Assembly: GCA_016748015.1 (NCBI GenBank)
Contig: JAAOMT010000029.1
Location: 298,896 to 362,895 of the forward strand
DNA: 64,000 nt
Direction of reading: 5' to 3'
Origin: Geosiphon pyriformis uo1
Taxonomy: Eukaryota; Fungi; Glomeromycota
A program made the position numbers and the translations under genes. The notes under the pieces are model-generated. The model was not told where the DNA came from, made no database searches, and saw only the letters and a program-made list of their open reading frames with translations. This document shows positions 40,816-50,100 of this stretch, piece by piece (the stretch's first letter is position 1; every line of letters starts with the position of its first letter).

Positions 40816-42602
40816 TAAGAAGAAAAAGAATTTGAACCCGCCCCAAAACTGTCTACTTTGGCTGAAAGTCCCAGAACTGTTTCCATCAGACACTTTATGC
40901 TGTCTTCCAACTTGGATACCAAAGATACATCAAAAGACACTGCTCCCGCAACAATCTCACCACTAGTGGCTGCACCTGAACTCTCACTTATCACTATATT
41001 CACCCCTTGATTCTGTGATGAAAGGGTCACCAACGGCTGACATCCAGGGCTCGGCTGGGAAACCATTGGCCCAAGTGCATCTAATCTCTTAGCCAGCTTA
41101 TCCACCTGCTCTGCGAGGCTAGCGAGACTGCGCTCAAGAGCAGCAAACCTATTATTGACTTCCATCAAAACTGGCAGGGATGACACCAACTTCAAAGAGG
41201 AACCAGATTTCACTGAAGCATTTTGTCCAGAGAGAGGAGAAAAAGAAGACCCACTAGCAACCTTTGCCCAAGAGAGATCACCAAAAGAGACTGGACGAGC
41301 AACTAGAGCTGATTGCTTGGTGTAGATGAGTGCCAATTTGCTTTTATCTGTGTCTGACAGAACTCTATGCAAAGACAAACCTGAAGAAACTCTCTCACCA
41401 ATTGCACAGCCCAATGATATATGGCCTGATTTCTCACACTTGGCATACTTGGCCAAAACAAGACAAGACCAGTGTAGATTGGCGCACCTCAATACTGGTG
41501 TGGTTCCCATGATGGCCTTCAATAATTCAGCAGAATCAAAACAGACAACAGCACACCTAGCCCTAGCATACGTAACCGGATGACAATTAATAACACACGT
41601 CTTCTCACCCACAGAACCAATAAAATCCCAGATGTCATGAGCAGTCGTACCCATTGGCAGAGTATAGAGCAGTGCCCTATGCTGGTCCTTCGCGTCCCAT
41701 GATTCTTTGTCCAAATCTGATTTAGCCACCTGTACAGCATCCTTCCTGATTAAGATTAACCACTCTGTCACGACCAAATTGATGTGTTCTGATTGCTTAA
41801 ATTCTACCACAGCCTTCTGCCACAGCCCCACCAATTGCATCTTGATCGACTTAATTATCCCAAACTCAGAGAGCGCAGCATGCACAGTCTCAGCTGATGT
41901 TCTAACTGGAATTTTCTTCAACACTACAGTCTGATCTGAGCAACCAGCTGATCTCTTAAGATCAGTGTTTACTATAACATTTACACTAGTAGCCTTTTCA
42001 ATGGCTTTCATTAGACCCAATTCAGAAGTGAATGTTGCTCTGATGATCCCTGAGAATTTTGAGGGGGTAGATGCCTCCCCAAAACCATTAATACCAGAAA
42101 ATAATTTCCTTACCACTACAAGCTTTTCCTGAGAAGATTTACTGGCCACCTTATCCAAGCCAATATTCAATGCGAATGACTTCCTGACTGGAATATTGAC
42201 CAAATTTTTCATAGGAGAAGGGAGCTCAAGAGGAGCATCCAAGAGAATACCATCATTACTACCATCTTTTGAGAAGTCAATCTTTTCCAATAGTTTGCCC
42301 AACGCCTTTTTGGTTTTGACCTTTGAACTCGTAGGCATCTGATCATAATCTCCACCAGCCAGAGCTCCACCTTCACCATAATCAAAGCTGGTTTCCTCCA
42401 CCAGACACTCCTCTTCCATATCAACACTTTCAGACTCAGTAGTGTCTCCAGTCTCTGAACCCCATAAACAACCACCAGGAACTTCAGCAGCAACCCTTCT
42501 ATTATCAACATCCTCTGCCAACGCACCTTCTTTCCTCTTTTTCCTTGATACAACCACCTTAAAACCACTCTCAGAACCAGAAACTTTAGCAGTTTTTTTC
42601 AT
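40815..42602 (-). CDS. LINE ORF1 (595 aa; RRM-like regions, decayed CCHC knuckle, C-terminal coiled coil)
   Basis: Open 595 codons. ALSEFGIIKSIKMQL..KAVVEF is RRM-like, YAKCEKSGHISLGC is a knuckle with C>Y, and heptads run RFAALERSLASLAEQVDKLAKRLDAL. Confidence 0.88.
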   Translation of the reverse strand: MKKTAKVSGSESGFKVVVSRKKRKEGALAEDVDNRRVAAEVPGGCLWGSETGDTTESESVDMEEECLVEETSFDYGEGGALAGGDYDQMPTSSKVKTKKALGKLLEKIDFSKDGSNDGILLDAPLELPSPMKNLVNIPVRKSFALNIGLDKVASKSSQEKLVVVRKLFSGINGFGEASTPSKFSGIIRATFTSELGLMKAIEKATSVNVIVNTDLKRSAGCSDQTVVLKKIPVRTSAETVHAALSEFGIIKSIKMQLVGLWQKAVVEFKQSEHINLVVTEWLILIRKDAVQVAKSDLDKESWDAKDQHRALLYTLPMGTTAHDIWDFIGSVGEKTCVINCHPVTYARARCAVVCFDSAELLKAIMGTTPVLRCANLHWSCLVLAKYAKCEKSGHISLGCAIGERVSSGLSLHRVLSDTDKSKLALIYTKQSALVARPVSFGDLSWAKVASGSSFSPLSGQNASVKSGSSLKLVSSLPVLMEVNNRFAALERSLASLAEQVDKLAKRLDALGPMVSQPSPGCQPLVTLSSQNQGVNIVISESSGAATSGEIVAGAVSFDVSLVSKLEDSIKCLMETVLGLSAKVDSFGAGSNSFSS

Positions 42603-43555
42603 AACAGCAATAACAAAGCCAACAGTGGCCTCGTAATCGAAGAACGGTTTTGATTTATTGTACTGAATGGTAAAAAACTTCTTTTGGAAAAACTTTTGAC
42701 TTTTTTTCAGGAATTTTGGACAAAGGAGAGAAAGAAGTTTTTTTGGTATTATTTAAGTAAATTATTACTGATTTTCATTATAAACAATTTTCATTAGCTA
42801 TTAAAAAGTAACTGAAGTATTGATTAAATCAAAAAGCATAATATCAAATTTAAAGTTTCTTTTTTTGGTGGTAAATACTGTCTTCTTTTTGTTAACTGGA
42901 TTTATAGTTATTTGTCAGTATTTACTATTTAAATCTAATGTAAAAAACTATTTCTTTTTTTCAAAAGCATTAAATAATTTTTGGATCTATGGAGTTGGAT
43001 AATTGTCTCCATGAATAATATTGTTAAGCTTTTTATAATTCACACAAAAGTGGATTTTTTCATTTTTTTTCCAAATAAGTATTACTAATAATAACTATAG
43101 ACTTATTAATAATTAAATTAATCTATTGTTTAACATATAATTGATTTTTTAACAAATAATTTTATGATTAGTAAGTGGTACTTAATATGTTCTTTGTTTA
43201 ATTGGCATTAAATTTTCAGTTTTAATTTGGTGTTAAATGATATCAGTTTTGTCAAATTTATTTTTACCTGCAAAAATATTAGCAAAATTGTTGAGTAATA
43301 GCTTAAGTTGTATACATTAAAGTGAATCTAAATTTTTTAAGTTTATTTGCTCTAATTGTTTTGGTTATAGCAAATAATATTTGTTTTATCCATAAATTGT
43401 TTATAATATAATGTCTACATATCTACAAAGTTGTAAAAAATTTGAAATGATGGTTGATGCTTAATTCTCAACTTTAGTGTTTAAGTATTTGATAATGATT
43501 TTGTTTGGTATTTTTATTGAATCTTTAATTGTATTGTATATTAGAATTTTAATAT

Positions 43556-44514
43556 TGTTATCAGTAGAATTTTAACTATTAATTAGCATAAAATTACCAT
43601 TTTAATTTCTATTATTAATTAATATATATTATTATCATTTCAATTATCACTTATTATTTAATTAAATTATCAAATATTATTATTTAATTAATAATCTGAT
43701 TTGTATCATAGAAATTAAAATAATCAAATTACACAATACCCTAAACCATTTAATATTTAGAAATTTGCCGAAATTAACAGAAATTGGTCGAAATAATCAA
43801 TAATTTGTAAAAATAACTTGTAGTTTGCCAAAATATATCTTTAGTTTGCTAAAATTAGAGCAAAAAGAAAAGTGCAAGTTCAAAAACTAGTATTACAACA
43901 AGTTGTATAAAAAAAGAACTTCTTTCTTCAAAAAATGTATCTTACCATAGTATTTTACTCTTTAGATATCTTAATTAGAAACAAATTATCTCTTACATAT
44001 CTTTACAAAAATAAAAATAAAAATTAAATATTCGAAAACCAAATCCTTAATTATTACACTTGAAATTTTTTTAAAACAACTAACATTTTGAAATTGATTA
44101 GCTACCAATTTCAGTAATCTGTTAATAACTCCAGACTTGGATAGAAAACGTTTCTCTTGACACAATTCTATTTCTTTTACTTTTTTTTTCTTTTTTTATT
44201 ATAATTATTAAAGTAATCTACAAACCAGATTCTTGTAGAAGAGTTGACTTTTACAGCAAAGTAACTACACATTTTTAGTAAGCTTCTAAACAAGCAATTT
44301 CTGGAAAAGAGTTGATATTTACTACAATATAATTATACAAAGTAACTGGCATGAAATTGACCATTCCATTTATAAGCCTAGCAGTTCAAATTATAGGAGA
44401 TTATTAAAGATAAATTCAGTTATTAGAGGTCCAACTACTTCCAAAAAAATATGAATTTACAACCAATAGGCATTAACAACATTTAAGAAAAGAGACCAAA
44501 AACCTTCAATAACA
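43556..44514 (+). mobile_element. Solo LTR (family C), 959 bp, 4-bp TSD ATAT/ATGT
   Basis: TGTTATCAG...CAATAACA, colinear with the reverse complement of 61715-62704. Removing it restores G2 pol (HIKI). Confidence 0.9.
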
Positions 44515-46240
44515 ATGTGTTTATGGTTTTTGGCTAATATATATAGATTAGTAAGCCAATTTTTTCTGACTTACAAATAGTAAGATTTATTTTAAAAATT
44601 TGGAGTTAAATTTTTACTCTTTTTTTAATAACTAATATATACTAATTATATGATAAGATAGAAATTGATTAATTGGTAAAGATAATTTTTTTTTAATTAA
44701 TGGTTTTTTTTCTATTATATTAACTGGTATTCTTATTTTATCTATAGATCTAAATTTATTTATCTTTTTTGTTGTTATTCCTAATTTTTCTCTTTTTTTT
44801 ACTGATACTAATTAAGTTATTTTTATCAAAAACAGAAATATTGCTTATGCTATCTTTTTATTTAGTTCAATTGTATATGCTTTTTCTGATTTATTTTGTA
44901 GTATTATAATAATATTTCCTACATATTCTGTGTTAATTATTCTTTCTTTAATATTAATTCTTTTTTTTCACTAAACTAAATTTAGATACTAATTTGTACT
45001 ATTATTATTGTCAGAATTTTCAGTATTAATTCTATACTGGTGTATAAATAAAGTTCCAATTGAATGGCAGTTTTTTTTGAATATTGGAGATCAAACTCTG
45101 TTTTAGTATTATGCATATATTTTAACATAATATTTTTATTATTATTATTAAATTATTTAAGTTTTTGTTTCTTTGAAAAATTTGGAAGCACAATATATTG
45201 TTTGGAATTGTAATTAGAATTTAAATTATTATTATTATTGTTGCTATCATAAACAGTATTGGAATTATTGTTATTATTATTATCAAAATTTAAATTAAGA
45301 TTATATTTTAATTTTAATTCCAAAGTGCAACTGCTGATTGGTTTTTTTCTTCAGAAATTGAATAGATTATGCATAATAATAGATTGTAAATAAAAGCACA
45401 ATTATTACAATATTTAAAATCACTAGAAATTAAATAATATTTACAGAGTTTAGTGTTTAATTGTTTTAAATACTGTTTTTGTTCTTCTTAAATAAGTGCT
45501 AAATCTTATTAATGTTTATAAAATTGTTTTAAATTACTTAAAAAGTCAAAAAAAATGTCTGAATTTGGGATAAAAATAATTTTAACAGATTCTGATAGAT
45601 TAGTTTTAATTGCCAATATCTTACTAAATGAAGTGTCTTTAACTTTGGCATTTGTTATTTGTTAGATTTTGTCTTTATTGTATAGATAACTATCTAAATA
45701 TAAAAGAATTCTATTTTATATGATGTTGAAAAACATTTCTTTGCTTATTCAATTGCTAATAAAAATTATGTATTAATACAATGTATCACATATTTTTCTA
45801 TAATCAAAAATGTCATTCTATATTTTTTTGTTAAATAGTGTTTCTTTACAAGCTAAACAAGACTTATTGTCTTATTTTTTTTGTTGTTTTGAATATTTAA
45901 AATGTTTTTAGTAATATGCTTTGCAATAATAACAGATATATGTTTCATATTTTTTTTTGCACAAAATTCAAACTTCCATAGATGAAAGCTTTTTCTTATA
46001 GTTTTTGTATTTAAGTAAAATATAGAGTGGTTGTTTTCTTGGCTTTAGTATTAAATATAAAATATTTTAATAATTAAATGTTTCTTCTATAATAATAATA
46101 CTTTGAAATTTGTTTTTTTCTTTTTCTTTTCTCTTGTCATTCCAAGAGAATATTGGTGGTAACATGTTGTATTTATTTTTAATCCATAAAACTTAATAGG
46201 CTTTGTAAGTAGGTTTTTTTTTTTTAAGTTTAATTAATGA

Positions 46241-47102
46241 TATTACTCATAAAAAGAAAACAGATATAGAAAAATAGTAGACCAATAAGAAAGTAGTAGT
46301 TAGCATGTGAGCATATTGCTTAGCAATATAGAGCAATATCAGAAATCATGGCATATTGCTCAGCAATGTGGAGCAATATCAAGAAAATATGGCATATTGC
46401 TTAGCAATATGAGCATTGCTTGAGAAATTATAGCATATTGTTTGAGAAATTATAGCACATTGCTTGAGAATGTGAGTGATCTTATAAAACCCAAATTATG
46501 TATATATAGTAGTAGCATTAGAAATAGAAAAGACAGACCTCTTAGTTTAGATTTTATCTAAGCAACCTTTCAATTTAAAAATATTAATAAATAATTATTC
46601 TCTATCTCAAATTCACTCCTATTATCAACCTTTCATGTTGATATTAATTGATACTTAATCATACTGGAACAATAGCTCTTAATCACGGCTATTGATGGAA
46701 TATTAACTTGTAATTGCTTTTGTTTATTTTCTTTTATTTTTTTTTTATTTCTTTGTTTTATTAATTAATTAAAGATTAAGCACTGAGTTATTAATGTCAA
46801 AGATAGTCTGATAAAAGACCCCAAAGAAAGGATATAAGAATTATATATATTAACAAATAGCTTACCAGAAGGGCATCTTTGCTAGATTACTGGCCACTAT
46901 GCTGAGAAAAAAATTCGACAGAATTGTAATTTCAAGAGGCTACTAGGAAGACAACAATTAAATCTCTGTCTATTATACAAAGAACTCTATAATGAAAACT
47001 TCAGATCAACAAAATCTTTAGAAACCAATATCAATATAGCAATTGAGCACTAAGTTACAGGTTTGTTATTTGATTTGAGACCCCAAATAACCATCTGTAA
47101 CA
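46241..47102 (+). repeat. 5' LTR of G3 (family A)
   Basis: TATTACTCAT...CCATCTGTAACA with the U3 repeat array, a TATA-like box (~46500) and AATAAA (~46586). Confidence 0.92.
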
Positions 47103-47104
47103 TT

Positions 47105-47121
47105 TGGTGCTCCCTGTAAAG
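47105..47121 (+). promoter_or_regulatory. Primer-binding site
   Basis: TGGTGCTCCCTGTAAAG, 2 nt downstream of the LTR, matching the G1 PBS. Confidence 0.82.
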
Positions 47122-47122
47122 T

Positions 47123-50100
47123 ATAATTCTACAGAAAACCAGCACCAACAGCAATCATTCAAAAGTAGCAGAATCAGAAATTATAGGGACAAACCATTTA
47201 AGATTCGCCAAATTCTTGTTTCAACAGTACAGCCAACAATTAGGATTAAACAATAATTATTTCTCAGTGGAATCAGTCTTTAACTTTTACATCAATGATA
47301 AAATCACAGACTGCTTAGGAGGAACAGTTAACATTGAATCTGCAAGAGAAAACTTCTATACAGAATTGTTTCAACATACCAGCTTATCAAGAAACTACAG
47401 TTTTACACCAATCATCAGGGAAATCAATTAAACCATTGAAAGGTACACACAACAACAATTCCCTATCACCTATGCAAACAAAAGCAAAAGAAGGTTGCAA
47501 ACACCAGTAGTAACACCAAAAATACAACCATCTACTTGAAAAAAAACCAAAGTTGAATTACCAACAAACTTATCATACCATTATATACCTAGAAGTGCCA
47601 TTAACATCACATCAACAGACATATCCATATCAACTATGACATCAACATTTGGACAATTTCCATTCCAGAGTAAACAAAAGAAAGAAAATTTTCTAGAACC
47701 ATATGGTGCATATTTTGAAGGATTCAAGTCACAATTGCCAATGTCATTAGGACTTTGATCTCCACCACCTTAACCCGATTTTGGAATTGCGAGTCCTTGG
47801 GAAATAATGGGATTGGAAGGAGAACAGGAAAAAGAGGAAGAAGAATTTGAAGATTAAGAATTTACTTACCAGAACTCAATTCCAGAAAACCTGGAAATTG
47901 AAATCCTGAATCTACAAATTCAGCAAAATCTAAACTTAGAAAATCCAAAAATCAGAACTCAGAATATTCAAACACTGCCAAATCAAGACAATTCAAATCC
48001 TGAGTTAGTTAATCAACAAAACTTACCTCCAATAATTGTCATTGATTAGCTACCAGCTGAACCGATTTAATCACAACAAATACCACTACAGCAACCACAA
48101 CAGCTGTTTCAACAGCCACAACAACAACTTTAACAACCAAACTTGGATCCAATGGCCTATGCTCCAATAGCAAAACTCAAGAAGTTCATTGGCAAAGAGA
48201 ACGACACCCAAATATGGCTTAACAACGTTGAAAAGGCTATCATGGCCAATAAATAAAACAATGTGAGAGCACTTCAAGCCATCCTTTATTTCTTGCAAAA
48301 TACTACTGACTCATGGTATCAAAGTTTAGCCACCAAACTTCAAACATTCCAGGAATTTAAAGTTGTATTCTTAGGATATTTCAGTAATAATAACAGCATT
48401 AATTATCTAGCAAATACTTTTACCACTATCAAACAAAGAGAAAATAAAGCAATTACTACTTACTTAGGACACTTCCACAGAAATCTGCACCAAATTCAGG
48501 CCATACAGGCTGATTATTTCACAGTGCCACAAATTTTGAATCAATTTATTAGAGGTCTGCACAGCAGCATCTTTCAATACATACACTTCATGCATCCAGC
48601 AGACCTCCAAGCCGCAGTTACAAATGCCAGAGATTTTAAAGCAGCTGAACTCGAAGCTAACCATGCCCAAACCATTAATCTAGTAATGAATAGATTATCT
48701 GAATTGGATTCCAAATTGAAACAATTTAGTGATTCCATCAATCAGAAATTAGAGGGATACTTAGCAGACAATTATGCAATTTATCAATCACCACAATAAC
48801 ACAATAATTCCAAAAACGCAAATTGTTTTCAGAATCAATTGTGTCCAACATCCTCGACCAATCAACAGTGGCAGCAGGAGACATGTGCTTGCCACTATTG
48901 TAGTAAACAAAGACATTTACAGTTTGAATGCTGTAAATGGCTAAATAAACAAAAATCAGACTATCAGTATTGAAACTCTGATTACTGACTACAAACTCAG
49001 AATTATGTTAGTAATCAATCACCAGAACTGTATTAACCGAATTACCTACTTATAACACAACAGCCAATCTATTAACTGCCAATTTATCAGCCAACAACAC
49101 CCACCAGTTATTAACTGCAGCCCCAATCCATTTATCAGCCACAGCCTCAAGTAATTTATCAGTCCCAACAAATTCAAACACAGCCACAGAACTTATCTTA
49201 AAACGGAACCCAAAGACCAAGATTGACCCAACAGAGCTGGGGATTATTGATGGTGGTCTATTAAACAATTTCCAGTTTCATAGCACAACCATTAAGATCT
49301 CGACAATAGAATTTGGGCACCAGGAACTCCCAAAACCCAAATGCCCAACACTATTTAAGTCTTCTGGTTACTCCAGAAGACGCCTTACCCAACAACCCAG
49401 AAACCAACCAAAAACAATCACTCACCAACAACATACTTTCAGCCACCATCACCAACAACAAATCACTAGCAGCAATTTTTCCATTCGAACTCGAGGAAAC
49501 CACACCAGTCCTATTATTCAGTAGAGCCATTCTTAATACCAAACCAATTACTACCATTTACACTGACACAAAAGTTGATGGCCATACCATCAAACTGATT
49601 CTAGATAGTGGATCAGCTAGCAGCATCATCACATGACAACTCATGGACTAATTAGGTCACAGAGTTGATCACACTGCCAGTGTGCACATAATCACTGCTG
49701 ATGGAGTAACCAAAACACCAATCAGTGAAATTGATGACTTTTCTTTTGAAATCAATAGCATTATTACTTCCATCAAAGTTCTAGTAATGGAAGCAACCCA
49801 ATATCAAGCATTGGTAGGCAACAATTGGTTAACCAAAACTAATGCCATACTCAATTGGACTACTTAAGAACTGCAACTCAGCCAAAATGGCCAACACACC
49901 TGAGTATTAGCAATCTGTGGTCACTTCAAATCCAGCACTACTATGCAACCATTAATTGAGTTCGAGAAGAACAAAAAAAAACCAATGTGAGAAGCATATC
50001 AAGTCTCCTGGGCCAACAAAGACCACAACGAGTTACTGCCCATACTATTCTGAGATAACAATGGCAAAGAAAAGCAGAAAAACATGAAACTTACTTGGAA

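Larger units (their letters stand above)
35998..42742 (-). mobile_element. Young full-length LINE (~6.75 kb) with 12-bp TSD
   Basis: Intact ORF1, frameshift-free ORF2, ~110-nt 3' UTR and (TAAA)n tail. TSD TTAGTATTATTT (35986-35997) / TTGGTATTATTT (42743-42754). CpGs are retained. Confidence 0.95.
32197..46240 (-). mobile_element. Ty3/Gypsy element G2 (oldest of the right-hand stack), interrupted by an LTR fragment, the young LINE, a solo LTR and G3
   Basis: 3' LTR 32197-33003, decayed PPT, ORF3 remnant 33010-33790, integrase to 35180, RH/RT 35211-35997 and 42743-43300, dUTPase ~44700-45130, Cys-rich block ~45380-46020. All colinear with G4. Confidence 0.88.

Noticed and set aside
36295-42636. 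Many plus-strand ORFs over the young LINE
   Set aside because: Antisense shadows of ORF1/ORF2 with no motifs and no conservation in other copies.
46305-46480. CRISPR-like array of palindromic repeats
   Set aside because: The inter-repeat segments are similar to each other rather than unique, the array sits inside LTR U3 in three copies, and there are no cas genes in this eukaryotic context.
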